DNA of 64,000 nucleotides from a bacterium (GTDB lineage: Bacteria; Zhuqueibacterota; Zhuqueibacteria; Residuimicrobiales; Krinioviventaceae), in the NCBI GenBank assembly GCA_963675755.2, contig CAXXMD010000003.1:3577765-3641764 (forward strand). Reading direction: 5' to 3'. The position numbers and the translations under genes were made by a program. Below the pieces are notes generated by a model that had not been told where the DNA came from, searched no databases, and was given only the letters and a program-made list of their open reading frames with translations. The stretch's first letter is position 1. Each line of letters opens with the position of its first letter. Below, piece by piece: positions 46,068 through 56,556 of the stretch.

Positions 46068-46637
46068 TTATTTAGATTTTGTAACTTTTATAATTCTTGG
46101 AACCAATATAAAGATTTCGATTAACAATACCAGAATCAAATCAATTAACATAGCAAGCCTTAAAAATGCAAGATCTTTTGGATCGTTAAACGATAATAAA
46201 AAGTATACAAAAATATTGAATGTATATAATGATATTAAAGTAATATTTGAAAATAGACCCGAGTAATACTGATCTTTATAGTTTTTATAAAACATGATAA
46301 AAATCCAAAAAAATAGAATTGGTATTATCAAGTATTCAAATATAAAATATAAAAACCTGAGTGGAGTAGTTATAAGGAAAATTATTGGTAAAATGCAAAT
46401 GAGAAAAATTAGCAAAAATAATCTAATTAATATTTTCCTGTTTTTATTTTTAATTACCAAACTTGTTACAAAGTCAATTGTTGCAAAAGTATAAATAATA
46501 AACGAAAATAAGATTTCCCTGTCTTGACTATTAATTAAATTGATAGTTAATAACATCAACAACGGAAGCAATATCCGAAATAATATCGACACAAAATTCA
46601 AGTTATAAATGCAATGTTTTCTATTTCTGTTTTCCAT
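46068..46637 (-). CDS. Hypothetical polytopic membrane protein, AT-rich
   Basis: About 6 hydrophobic segments; co-oriented with neighbours. Confidence 0.6.
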   Translation of the reverse strand: MENRNRKHCIYNLNFVSILFRILLPLLMLLTINLINSQDREILFSFIIYTFATIDFVTSLVIKNKNRKILIRLFLLIFLICILPIIFLITTPLRFLYFIFEYLIIPILFFWIFIMFYKNYKDQYYSGLFSNITLISLYTFNIFVYFLLSFNDPKDLAFLRLAMLIDLILVLLIEIFILVPRIIKVTKSK

Positions 46638-46703
46638 ATCGTTTATTTTCTTTTTCCTTTGGGAATAAGTCTTGAATCAAAGGTCTTTGCTACGAGTTTG
46701 TTA

Positions 46704-47663
46704 TTAGTGGATGAATTCGGCTACATTAAGATTTTCTATAATATTATTTCCCTGGTCAATTTGTATTTCAATATATGCGATTTTTCTTGAATCCGGTGAC
46801 CAAACACCATACACACTATTGCTGGAAATTATGCAAATATTTTGATGGTTTATGTCCTGGCAGTATAGAATGCTGTTTCTGTCTATAGTTTTTGTTGCGC
46901 TGTACCATTTCAGATTTGGTGCCATCTGGAAACCATTGTTGAATATATTCTTCTCATCCGTTAAAAGTGTCTTTGCTAGTAAAATTTTTGTGTGAAGGTG
47001 ATATACATAATTAGTGGGGGACATGTTCTCATACTTGCATCCGATATAGACACAATCATCCGTCAGCCATTTAATAGTTTGTAATTCATTACCCGATGGT
47101 ATGTTAAATGTGTCCAAAAGTGTCATAGATGCAAGGTCGAATATTTTCAAGTTATTTTTTCCCTGTTGCAGGATTTTGTCAAAATCCGGAGAGATAATGC
47201 CTTTTGGCAAGTCAATTTCTTTAACAGATAAATCTTTAACATCAAGTAAAGAGTATATCTTTTTAACAGAATATATCTCTCTAATTTGCAAGTCGACAAC
47301 GGATTTTTCTTTGTGTTTTTCTAAAACTTTGAACAAAATTGTATTGTTGTTGAAACAGTTGATGATTTCATCAACTGTTCCCGAATGTGTTATCTGTTTT
47401 TCTTTTCCGGTTTGAATGTCGAGTATGAAAATATCAGTTGGATTTAATGTGAATGGTGTATGATCCCAATTTACTCCGGTAGATCTTGTGTAAACCACTG
47501 AATCATTGTCAAGCCAATGAATATTGCCAAATTCATCACTTTTACCTTCAAGTTGCAAGACCGTTGAAAAAGAGGAACCATTCTCAAACGCCAGCAGAAA
47601 TTGGTCATTCAGTAAAGTTATGATTATAAAAAAAAGTACAAATAATATTTTTAATCTGATCAC
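46704..47663 (-). CDS. Exported TolB/PD40-like beta-propeller protein
   Basis: Signal peptide; IFILDIQTGKEKQITHSG; VWSPDSRKIAY. Confidence 0.7.
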   Translation of the reverse strand: MIRLKILFVLFFIIITLLNDQFLLAFENGSSFSTVLQLEGKSDEFGNIHWLDNDSVVYTRSTGVNWDHTPFTLNPTDIFILDIQTGKEKQITHSGTVDEIINCFNNNTILFKVLEKHKEKSVVDLQIREIYSVKKIYSLLDVKDLSVKEIDLPKGIISPDFDKILQQGKNNLKIFDLASMTLLDTFNIPSGNELQTIKWLTDDCVYIGCKYENMSPTNYVYHLHTKILLAKTLLTDEKNIFNNGFQMAPNLKWYSATKTIDRNSILYCQDINHQNICIISSNSVYGVWSPDSRKIAYIEIQIDQGNNIIENLNVAEFIH

Positions 47664-47843
47664 CCGAGTTCACCCCAATTCAACTATTATCAATGAATTT
47701 TATGATTTACTAAAAAAATGATTAAAATTCAAGCTTCAATTTTATTTTGTTGAACAACGTTTTTTTATATAGAGGGTGATTTGATATTAGATGTTAAATA
47801 CAAGGTTTGCACAGGTCCCTTTTTTCCTGTTTCCTGGGATAAC

Positions 47844-47872
47844 AAAAAAAGGGAGCCAACAGCTCCCTTTTT
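47844..47872 (-). terminator. Bidirectional rho-independent terminator after rpsU
   Basis: A7-GGGAGC-CAACA-GCTCCC-T5. Confidence 0.85.
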
Positions 47873-47879
47873 ATATTAA

Positions 47880-48065
47880 TTATTGACGGGAATTGGTGAT
47901 TCTCGTCATGCGTTTCCTTGATTCCTGGACTTTGCGTTTCCGCTTGGCAGAAGGTTTTTCGTAAAAGCTACGCTTTTTCAACTCTTTCAAAGTGCCTTGC
48001 TGCTGTACCTGTTTTTTGAATGCTCGTAATGCGGATTCCAGGTCATTTTTATATACTCTGATCAT
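47880..48065 (-). CDS. rpsU: 30S ribosomal protein S21
   Basis: [37 protein letters not shown]; GGAGGTGA RBS. Confidence 0.93.
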   Translation of the reverse strand: MIRVYKNDLESALRAFKKQVQQQGTLKELKKRSFYEKPSAKRKRKVQESRKRMTRITNSRQ

Positions 48066-48188
48066 ACTTTCTCACCTCCTCAAGGTTTGGTTTCATGACC
48101 AGGGCAGCGGTAATCCCGCTAGAGGATTACGTGAATTAGTATGTTATATATAACACACTCTTGGCACCCGAATAGTTCCATTATTTTT

Positions 48189-48986
48189 TCAAAAAGCAGG
48201 TACAATGCTTGTTTTTTCTGCTATATAGCTCTCAATATTCTGATATATTTCATTTACCGCAGTTATATCGGGCAAGAGAGATTTGAGCAGGGTTAAATAG
48301 CCTCTTTCATAAAGTAAACGCACAGAACTGTCAAAATTGAGATCAAACACCCACGAAGCCAGCGTGAGTTTGAGATCATTGAGATTGTTTAAATGTTTGA
48401 AATTGACTGTTTTTCTTTCCATTATCAAATTGTATACGGTTTCCGTAACACCTTTGGTGTCCGGCAAGTCAAATTCAATTGCATTGTTCTTTTCCGCATG
48501 GGGATCCGTAAAATAATCGGTAACTACTTTCCAGATATCTAGCTTGTCAGCATCTCGTATCAGTTTTGAGAATTGCAAGGTTTTGCCGGATTCTTCTGCG
48601 GGTATCTCTGCGCGATTATGATAACGTATACTTTTTATGATCCATTGTTTTTCATCACTCTGCAGGGACTGTAATATGTTGTAGTGCTCAATAATTTCGA
48701 GTCCCAGTTCTGCATGATTTGCAGATTTGGCATCCAAAAAGGTTTTATATTTTTGAAATTGTTCAAATCTTCCTACATCGTGAATTATGGCAATGGTCTC
48801 TGCAATATTTCGATCGTTTTCCGTATCCAATTCGTATTCGGCTAAATATTGCATGTTTTCTACAACACGTTGACTGTGTTCTCGTTTTATGTCAAAATTT
48901 TGTTGAATTTCCCGGTCTTTGGATTCAAAGCCGTTTACATACGTGTTGAACCATTCTTTAATCGTGTTCCGTTGTTCTCTTGTCAT
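48189..48986 (-). CDS. HD-domain phosphohydrolase
   Basis: K.EHS.RV, IIHDVGRFEQ, NHAELG, YHN, RDADKLD. Confidence 0.9.
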   Translation of the reverse strand: MTREQRNTIKEWFNTYVNGFESKDREIQQNFDIKREHSQRVVENMQYLAEYELDTENDRNIAETIAIIHDVGRFEQFQKYKTFLDAKSANHAELGLEIIEHYNILQSLQSDEKQWIIKSIRYHNRAEIPAEESGKTLQFSKLIRDADKLDIWKVVTDYFTDPHAEKNNAIEFDLPDTKGVTETVYNLIMERKTVNFKHLNNLNDLKLTLASWVFDLNFDSSVRLLYERGYLTLLKSLLPDITAVNEIYQNIESYIAEKTSIVPAF

Positions 48987-49007
48987 TTTATGTGTATTGT
49001 ATCCTGT

Positions 49008-49916
49008 TTATGCTGATAATTTTTCTCTGACCTCTTTTAACAGTTTCAGAGTGGCGTGAATTCCCGCTGTTTCATCCAGTTCACTGCCTTCGTATTCGAT
49101 ACCAACATAGCCGTTATAACCTGCATCCAATACAATTTTCATCATTTTCATAAAGTCTGTATGGATCTCATTGCCGTTTGCATCAAAATCGTTTGATTTG
49201 GCACTGACTGCTTTGGCAAAAGGCATCAGTTCAGAAACGCCCAGATAGCGGTCATACATTTCGCCCTCTTTGATGCGAAAATTACCAAAATCGGGAAGCG
49301 TACCACAATTGGGATGGTTAACCATTTTCATTACACCAGAGAGCCATTTGCCATTACTGGAAACACCGCCATGATTTTCTACAATTACGTTTAAACCATG
49401 TTCCGCGCCAAATTGTGTAAGTTTTAAAAGACCGTCTGCAGCCAGTTTCATTTGTTCGTCATATTCACCTTCACTGGCGGCATTGACTCGGATTGAATGG
49501 CAGCCAAGAAATTTGGCAGCTTCTACCCATTTATAATGATTTTCAACTGCTGTCTGACGTGCGGCATCATCGGGATCGCCCAGTCTACCTTCTCCATCAC
49601 ACATAATCAGCAGGCTTTTAACACCTTCACCCTCGGCGCGGGTTTTCATTTCCTGTAAATATGCAGTATCTTTGGCTTTATCTTTAAAGAACTGGTTTAC
49701 GTATTCAATACCATCAATACCAAATTCCTGTTTTGCTTTTGCGGCAAAATCCAGATGGTTCATTTCACCAGCAAATATTGCCTTGTGATATGACCACTCT
49801 GCAAGAGAAATGTTGAACAGCAGCGGTTTTTCAGATGGGGACGCACAACCGGTTCCCAGAATTCCTGCGGAGGCTGAAGCCATGGCAACACCTTTAATAA
49901 AATCTCTTCTTTTCAT
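49008..49916 (-). CDS. Tat-exported xylose isomerase-like TIM-barrel (sugar phosphate isomerase/epimerase)
   Basis: MKRRDFIK start at 49916; [31 protein letters not shown]. Confidence 0.9.
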   Translation of the reverse strand: MKRRDFIKGVAMASASAGILGTGCASPSEKPLLFNISLAEWSYHKAIFAGEMNHLDFAAKAKQEFGIDGIEYVNQFFKDKAKDTAYLQEMKTRAEGEGVKSLLIMCDGEGRLGDPDDAARQTAVENHYKWVEAAKFLGCHSIRVNAASEGEYDEQMKLAADGLLKLTQFGAEHGLNVIVENHGGVSSNGKWLSGVMKMVNHPNCGTLPDFGNFRIKEGEMYDRYLGVSELMPFAKAVSAKSNDFDANGNEIHTDFMKMMKIVLDAGYNGYVGIEYEGSELDETAGIHATLKLLKEVREKLSA

Positions 49917-50099
49917 GTAACCTTTCTCCCAATTATTTTGTAATCTTTTCAACATAATAATACTAAAAAAAATTCAGATTTCCTTATGAAAATAATGGCA
50001 AAATTTGTATGTTATTTTACATTTTTTGAAAATTGTATGTAACTTGATTAAATCTGATTCGTATTGGTGTGTGAAAATGATAAAAAAGAGGAGCGACAC

Positions 50100-50801
50100 A
50101 TGAAATTCAGAACAATATCTATTTTTATATTTGTAATATTTTTGTCCGTAACTGCAATGGCCCAAAACCATATGCAGGCCGGATTGAACATTACTCTGGG
50201 AATGCCACAGACAGAGTTTAAAAACAATGTGGACAATGCAGGTATTGGTTTAACCGGTCATTTTGGTTATAATTTTCCCAATACTCCATTTATACTTGGC
50301 GCCAACCTGGGATTTTTAATTTACGGAAGTGAATCCCGTAAAGAACCCTTTAGCACAACCATTCCGGATGTTACTGTAGATGTTACCACAACAAACAGTA
50401 TTGTGAACGGCCATATTTTGTTACGTGTTCAGCCACAGCAGGGAAAATTCCGTCCCTATCTGGATGGATTGATTGGTTTTAATTACCTTTTTACCTCAAC
50501 TGAAATTCAGAGCGAATGGGATTTTGATGATGACGTTGCAACATCTACCAATCAGGATGATTTTACTTCCAGTTTAGGTGGAGGTGCCGGTATCATGTAT
50601 CGGGTACATGAGGGAGTAAATGCAAGTGATGAGCCTTATGAAGTATTTATTGATTTTGGAGTACGCTATTTGAATGGCGGAAATGCTAAATACCTGAAAG
50701 AAGGTTCAATTACCCGTGAAGATGGTAAAGTTCATTATTATCTGAATGAATCTACTACTGATTTGGTTACATACCGATTGGGTGTGAGTGTGAATTTCTA
50801 A
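50100..50801 (+). CDS. Outer-membrane beta-barrel protein
   Basis: Signal peptide from ATG 50100; FRPYLDGLIG; C-terminal YRLGVSVNF beta signal. Confidence 0.82.
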   Translation: MKFRTISIFIFVIFLSVTAMAQNHMQAGLNITLGMPQTEFKNNVDNAGIGLTGHFGYNFPNTPFILGANLGFLIYGSESRKEPFSTTIPDVTVDVTTTNSIVNGHILLRVQPQQGKFRPYLDGLIGFNYLFTSTEIQSEWDFDDDVATSTNQDDFTSSLGGGAGIMYRVHEGVNASDEPYEVFIDFGVRYLNGGNAKYLKEGSITREDGKVHYYLNESTTDLVTYRLGVSVNF

Positions 50802-50822
50802 TATTCAATACGGCCTGGTTAT

Positions 50823-51470
50823 TTACCGGGCCGTTTTTATATGTACCACAAGGGCAATACCATTTTCTATACTTACCGTAACATTTACTTCTGTAAACGT
50901 ATTACTCAATGTAAGCGTTGATCCCCGTTCCACATCTTTGTTTTGTAAAGGCCATTCAACCCCTGAAATTGTTAAGGATTGCACTGTATCGCTAATGGGT
51001 ATGAGTGAAAAAATATCACCGATATTACCTGTGAATTCCATAGAGCCTTTACCCCGCATGATCCAGGCTATCTGATTACTGTCTGCAAATCCAATCTGTT
51101 CAAAAGGATAATTTCGGGTAATAAGCATTATATTTGCCAGGAGCTGATCAATACGTCCGCCAAATGCGGTCAAAATGAGAATTTTTTTCTGTGGAAATTC
51201 ACTGGCTGCATCGAGTGCGAGTTCAAGATCTGTCTTGTCTTTTTTTACCGGGAATTGTTGAATGCGTGTTCCCTTGGAGCGTAAATGTTCTATTATAACC
51301 GTATCAATGGAATCAAAATCGCCAATCAGTAATTCAGGTACAATGTTCATTTCCATGGCATACCAGGCACCGCCATCCGCGCATATAATTACATCATTAT
51401 TTTCTATGTACTGCATATTTTCAAAAGGGGCGGTAGACTCGCCATTTGCAAAAATAATAATTTTAGACAT
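50823..51470 (-). CDS. thiN: Thiamine diphosphokinase
   Basis: IFANG, CADGGA, IGDFDS, KDKTDLELA, GGRIDQ, TLSN. Confidence 0.92.
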   Translation of the reverse strand: MSKIIIFANGESTAPFENMQYIENNDVIICADGGAWYAMEMNIVPELLIGDFDSIDTVIIEHLRSKGTRIQQFPVKKDKTDLELALDAASEFPQKKILILTAFGGRIDQLLANIMLITRNYPFEQIGFADSNQIAWIMRGKGSMEFTGNIGDIFSLIPISDTVQSLTISGVEWPLQNKDVERGSTLTLSNTFTEVNVTVSIENGIALVVHIKTAR

Positions 51471-51482
51471 ACATGTACCGGA

Positions 51483-53120
51483 TTATTTGATGTGCAATAA
51501 TGATCGGGAAGCTGTAAACTCTTCTCCTTCGAGGAAAACCCGGTATTGACCGGATGCAAGATCGCTGCCATCCACTTGCAGCGTGTAGGTTTGTTTACCG
51601 TTAACCATTCCGTAAAACAGTTCGTTGATCAATTGTCCGCTAGCATTATAAAGGGTAATACGTACAGATTGCGGATTGTCGACTGAAAACTGGATGATTG
51701 AACTTGCATTAAAGGGGTTAGGATAGGGTTGAGACAAGTTGTAATTTTCGGGGATTTCCTGTTCGTCTGATTTATCAAAAACAGAAGTGGAAAAAGTAGT
51801 AAAATTTAATAGCAAGAGTTCATAAGGTCCTAATTCCAAACCGTCTAAATTGTCTGAATAGATTTTTCTGTCAACGTACAGATCTTCTTTGTTGATGGTG
51901 TAACATAAATAACTGCTGTTTGAAGGCTGCCAGTTTTGAAAATCTAAATTTACAGTTTGGTCCTGGTCGGTCAGATTCATCAGCAGAACATTCTTGCTGT
52001 ACCCTGCGTCTATGGCAAAGATATTTACCAGGCTGCTTCTTTTGGAAACCGATTTGACAGGGGTGCCCTCAAGGTATTTATTTTTCAGATATAACAGCAT
52101 AGCAGAAGGGCGGAGATAAAATGTGTCGTCCATAATGCCGTAAGATTGGTCGCAATCGTTCCAAACCAGACTGTTTTGTACGCTGCCCTGCTCGGATAAA
52201 TATTTCAAAGATAGCGCGTTGAACACTGCACCTTTGCTGCTGTTTTGAAATTCACGGTAAAGTTCAAAATCTTTATTGTTTGAAATATTGTACTTGCTTA
52301 TCCATAACGGAGTTGTGGCAAGACCCAATGAATCCATAGTGGTACGAATACGTGTACTGTAATCTGCCATTGCATGTGCACCGTTGAAAATATCATTATC
52401 GGAACTGTTAATATTGTCGGTGACACTATAGGTCAAAGTTAAAAAGTCGAGGTTGCGGGCTGTTTCTCTGAGAAATGTTTTAATGTCTTCACGGTTTTTG
52501 TATCGATCAAATCCACCACCGCCAATCAGGATTTCAGGATCAACTGCCTTCATTGAACTTGCACATAAATTGAACAGATTTGCATATTGGGCCGCGGATG
52601 TGAATGTTTCCGTCTCTGTTTCCTGAATATTTAGTGGTGACCAGTATTTCACATTCCAGTTTTGATCAATATTGATTATTTTAACCAGTTGAGCGCACCA
52701 ATCCGCATATTGTTCATATTGTGAGGATAACAATTCATTGTTGTCATCAAGCATCCATGCGGGAAAGTGGTTCATGTTTATTATCAGCGTATCGGGATTG
52801 TCTGATGTAAATGCTTCAAATACCTGTTGAATATTCTCAGCATCCCAGGATTTTTGTTTATCATTAATCCAGCTGGACCGTGGTGTTGAATTGGATGAAA
52901 ATACATTCAATTGTATAATCACCGGTCCAATATAACGTATATTGTCCTGATATTTCTCATTGATTGCGGTTTGAGGTTCTGTTCCTTTGCAGATGTTTAG
53001 ACCCAACAGACCGGTATTGGATCCACTGGTTGGTGCATGCCAATATACCGTGGTTTCGACCTGTGCGAAACACATACTTGAAGCAATGAGGATGTATATA
53101 AAAAGTCTTTTCAGTATCAA
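51483..53120 (-). CDS. GH39/clan GH-A-like TIM-barrel protein with T9SS/FlgD-type CTD; catalytic glutamates apparently lost
   Basis: Signal peptide; YEQYADWCAQLVK, VKYWSPLNI, MKAVDPEILIGG, LDFLT, PLWISKYN; QPYPNPFNASS CTD. Confidence 0.7.
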   Translation of the reverse strand: MILKRLFIYILIASSMCFAQVETTVYWHAPTSGSNTGLLGLNICKGTEPQTAINEKYQDNIRYIGPVIIQLNVFSSNSTPRSSWINDKQKSWDAENIQQVFEAFTSDNPDTLIINMNHFPAWMLDDNNELLSSQYEQYADWCAQLVKIINIDQNWNVKYWSPLNIQETETETFTSAAQYANLFNLCASSMKAVDPEILIGGGGFDRYKNREDIKTFLRETARNLDFLTLTYSVTDNINSSDNDIFNGAHAMADYSTRIRTTMDSLGLATTPLWISKYNISNNKDFELYREFQNSSKGAVFNALSLKYLSEQGSVQNSLVWNDCDQSYGIMDDTFYLRPSAMLLYLKNKYLEGTPVKSVSKRSSLVNIFAIDAGYSKNVLLMNLTDQDQTVNLDFQNWQPSNSSYLCYTINKEDLYVDRKIYSDNLDGLELGPYELLLLNFTTFSTSVFDKSDEQEIPENYNLSQPYPNPFNASSIIQFSVDNPQSVRITLYNASGQLINELFYGMVNGKQTYTLQVDGSDLASGQYRVFLEGEEFTASRSLLHIK

Positions 53121-53148
53121 ATTTCTCGTTCTGTACTCCTGTTGTTTA

Positions 53149-54921
53149 TTAGATAGCCTGTGTTTTATTTTTTAGCCACATGGTTTCCGTTTCCGTTAGC
53201 AGTGGTGATAATGCTTTGTAGACTTGAAGATGGTAATTGTTTAACCATTCAATTTCATCTTTTGTCATCATTTCTTTAACAATCAGACTTTTATCTATAG
53301 GACACAAGGTAACAGTTTCAAATCCATAAAAAGTCCCAAATTCATTTTTTTTCAGCATTTTGGTGACAACCAGGTTCTCAATACGTATCCCGAATTCTCC
53401 TTCGAAATATAATCCCGGTTCATTTGATGTCAACATTCCGATCTCAAGAGGTACCGAGTTTTCGGGGCGGATACGTTGCGGGCCTTCATGAACGTTTAGA
53501 AAATGTCCGACACCATGGCCTGTACCATGACCGTAATTCATAAAGTCTGCCCAGATTGCAGCGCGTGAAAATGTGTCAACCTGTGAACCATTATATCCTT
53601 TGGGAAAAACCGCTTTTGCAAGATCTATATGTCCTTTCAATACCAGGGTATAGCAATGTTTTTGCTTTTCAGTAGGATTACCCAGAGATAGAGTGCGGGT
53701 TATATCGGTAGTTCCATCCAGATACTGGCCGCCTGAATCCAGCAAGAGCATGCCCTCGGGTTTTACTGTTGCCGCGGTTTCAGCTTCTGCTTCATAATGA
53801 ACAATAGCGCCATTACCATTGTATCCTGCAATGGTGCTGAAAGAAGGTCCCTGATAATACTCGCCGGTTTTCCGGAACTCTTCCAGTTTTTCTGCCAATG
53901 TGATTTCGGTATGCGGACCATTGTCGATGTTTTGTTCCAGCCAGTACAGCCATTTGACCATAGCAGCACCATCCCGGATATGTGCATCGCGGATGCCTTT
54001 GAGCTCTGTTTCATTTTTAATGGCTTTGAGATCAAAGGGAATGCTAGGCTTTTCAATGATTGTACATGCAGAATTAATTGCATCTCTTATCTTTTGGCTG
54101 GTTTTATCGGGGTCAATCAAAACTCTTGCTTCTTTCAGACCTGCCAGAAATAGAAAAAAATCAGCATAATCATGTATCGATATATTATCCTGAATGAGTT
54201 TGTTTTTGATTTCATCAGAGAGTTTATTGCTGTCAATAAATAAATGTGTTGAACCGTCAGAAATGACTACCCAGGAATAAGTCACGGGATTATATTCTAC
54301 ATCTTTGCCACGAATGTTCAAGGTCCATGCAATATCATCAAGCCCTGTTAAAATGCAATGTTTTGCTTTGGATGCTGTCATTATATCCCGTATACGATTG
54401 ATTTTGGATGTGCGGGATTCTCCGGCTATTTCATCTCCAAGCAGGATAATGGGATTGACCGGCATTTCAGGACGTTCTTTCCAGATAACATCTAGCAAAT
54501 CTGTATTTGACTGAATCTCGATATGTTTACTTGATAATTTTTCTTCCAACGCTTTAACCTGAGAAACAGACATTACAGCACCATCAAAACCAATCGCAGC
54601 ACCTTCAGGCAATTCCTGTTTCAGCCAGTCTTCAATAGAAAGGGTTTCGGGTAATCCCTCTTTCATAAGGGTAATACCGCTGTCTTTTAATTCGGCAGCC
54701 GCCTGTACAAAGTAACGTGAATCTGTCCATAATCCAGCTTTGTCTTTGGTGATTATAACAGTACCTGCTGATCCTGTAAATCCGCTGATCCAGGTGCGGC
54801 CTTTCCAGCGGTCAGCTACGTATTCACTTTGATGGGGGTCTGCGCTGGGGACGATCCAGGCATCCAGATTTGACTTTAATAATTGTTCACGCAGAGACAC
54901 TAATTTTTCCGGTACGGTCAT
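53149..54921 (-). CDS. Xaa-Pro aminopeptidase (aminopeptidase P, M24B)
   Basis: DPHQSEY, SGFTGSAG, DSGGQYLDGTTD, HGTGHGVG, HEGP, NEPG, GIRIEN. Confidence 0.95.
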   Translation of the reverse strand: MTVPEKLVSLREQLLKSNLDAWIVPSADPHQSEYVADRWKGRTWISGFTGSAGTVIITKDKAGLWTDSRYFVQAAAELKDSGITLMKEGLPETLSIEDWLKQELPEGAAIGFDGAVMSVSQVKALEEKLSSKHIEIQSNTDLLDVIWKERPEMPVNPIILLGDEIAGESRTSKINRIRDIMTASKAKHCILTGLDDIAWTLNIRGKDVEYNPVTYSWVVISDGSTHLFIDSNKLSDEIKNKLIQDNISIHDYADFFLFLAGLKEARVLIDPDKTSQKIRDAINSACTIIEKPSIPFDLKAIKNETELKGIRDAHIRDGAAMVKWLYWLEQNIDNGPHTEITLAEKLEEFRKTGEYYQGPSFSTIAGYNGNGAIVHYEAEAETAATVKPEGMLLLDSGGQYLDGTTDITRTLSLGNPTEKQKHCYTLVLKGHIDLAKAVFPKGYNGSQVDTFSRAAIWADFMNYGHGTGHGVGHFLNVHEGPQRIRPENSVPLEIGMLTSNEPGLYFEGEFGIRIENLVVTKMLKKNEFGTFYGFETVTLCPIDKSLIVKEMMTKDEIEWLNNYHLQVYKALSPLLTETETMWLKNKTQAI

Positions 54922-55352
54922 ATCACATTCCTTTTCAGGGTCTATTGAAATCGTATATCAGTCGTAAGATTATTAAATAAAAGATTATTCAGGCAATATT
55001 GCTTGAATTGAACGGGGATTTTTGAATTGTATTTTACATTGGTCAACATAGCACCTGAAATATATACATTTACCTTATACACGTCAAGTATAAAAATGCA
55101 TGTATTGCATTTTTTACATTTAATCGATTGCAACTAACTCGAATAGAAACAATGACTGTGAAATTGAAAGGGAATTTTTATATTTTGGATTTAAAACATT
55201 TTTTGATAAATTGGTCACCATGATAGTTTGAATAGTAACAAGTCTTGTTGTTAAAATCTAATTCCAGGGAACTGGATTATATTCAATACGTTTAATTTTG
55301 TGCCAAGGGGCAATTAAAATTCAAAAAATATTTTTAACAGGGAGAAAGTACT

Positions 55353-55928
55353 GTGCATCTAATCCGTAAAGTAGTACTGGTATTGTTGTTTGTGGTTTCT
55401 ATTAGTATAGCACAAGATGTAGGCGGGATTTTTCTGGGGACAAACCATTATTTACCCAGGAACGAGCATAATTTTTATAATGTTTCTAAAACAGGTACAG
55501 CTTTTGGATTCATTTTACCTGTCAATATATCAAAGGCTACAATTTATTTTAAACTGAGAGGTACTTATCATTCCGTCGATTTTAAAGGATATTGGGGACA
55601 TTATTATCAGAGTTTGGATATGTATGAACCACAATATATGATCAGTGCCAGCAATGAAATATTGGTGGGAAAGACATTCAAAAAAAGTCCGGTAATTTCA
55701 TTTGTACCTCAGTTTGGTATAGGAATTATTGAAGAAGCTTTGATCAGCGAGTGGCCTGATGGTTATAATGTTGCAATGGTATATATGGACTTGTCATTAC
55801 TCACTATTTACAATTATTCTCCTTTCGATCTGGGTCTGATGTTAAATGTTGAACACGATTTCCTGGGGGATGGTGATGGATTTGTATCGGATATGCGAAT
55901 GAATGTTGCGTTAGTTATTCTAAAATAA
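55353..55928 (+). CDS. Small exported beta-rich (OM barrel-like) protein, tandem paralog 1
   Basis: GGGAG RBS, GTG start, signal peptide, alternating beta pattern. Confidence 0.7.
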   Translation: MHLIRKVVLVLLFVVSISIAQDVGGIFLGTNHYLPRNEHNFYNVSKTGTAFGFILPVNISKATIYFKLRGTYHSVDFKGYWGHYYQSLDMYEPQYMISASNEILVGKTFKKSPVISFVPQFGIGIIEEALISEWPDGYNVAMVYMDLSLLTIYNYSPFDLGLMLNVEHDFLGDGDGFVSDMRMNVALVILK

Positions 55929-55944
55929 ATGTTTGGAGGGAAAC

Positions 55945-56520
55945 ATGCGCAATTTATTGGCGGGTTGTTTGGTATTGTGTTTATCTGTATCTGTGTTTGG
56001 GCAGGCATTCGTTCCTTTTGTGGGTGTTGAAAAATTAATTCCTGAAAATGAGGGATACAGGACCAGGTGGCAGGAATATGGTCCAACTTGCGGGCTGTTT
56101 GTCAAGATGCCGCAGCGAAAGGGTATGTTAACCATGTTCAAGTTTAACGCTTCTTATTTTGCTTTCAAGGAGAATGAGATGCATCGCACAGATGATTTAA
56201 GATATTATACTGTTGCTCCAGTGTCTCCCATACCTGAAACATTTCAATTAAATATTTCTGGTAATTTTATGATTGGACCAGAAATCAAAATGAATCAAAA
56301 ATTGATGTTTAGTCCCATGCTTTGTGCGGGAGTAATACGTAAGGGACAGTATGAAAAGATAACAAAATGTTACGAATCGGAAATTATTCCTCAGTTCGGA
56401 TTATCGGCAATGTGTATGTATGAGGTGATGAATTTCAAAGTTGGAATTATGGGGCATTATACAAGGCCGCTTGAAACCACAACCGGAACAGGGCGTTTGG
56501 AATTGCTCTTATTACTATAG
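55945..56520 (+). CDS. Small exported beta-rich protein, tandem paralog 2
   Basis: GGAGG RBS then ATG 55945; signal peptide; LNISGNFMIGP. Confidence 0.72.
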   Translation: MRNLLAGCLVLCLSVSVFGQAFVPFVGVEKLIPENEGYRTRWQEYGPTCGLFVKMPQRKGMLTMFKFNASYFAFKENEMHRTDDLRYYTVAPVSPIPETFQLNISGNFMIGPEIKMNQKLMFSPMLCAGVIRKGQYEKITKCYESEIIPQFGLSAMCMYEVMNFKVGIMGHYTRPLETTTGTGRLELLLLL

Positions 56521-56556
56521 GTCTATCAATATTAAATATATTAAGAGGAGATTGTT

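Noticed and set aside
48161-48178. TGGCAC sigma54-like box near rpsU
   Set aside because: No TTGC at the -12 position and wrong strand for rpsU.
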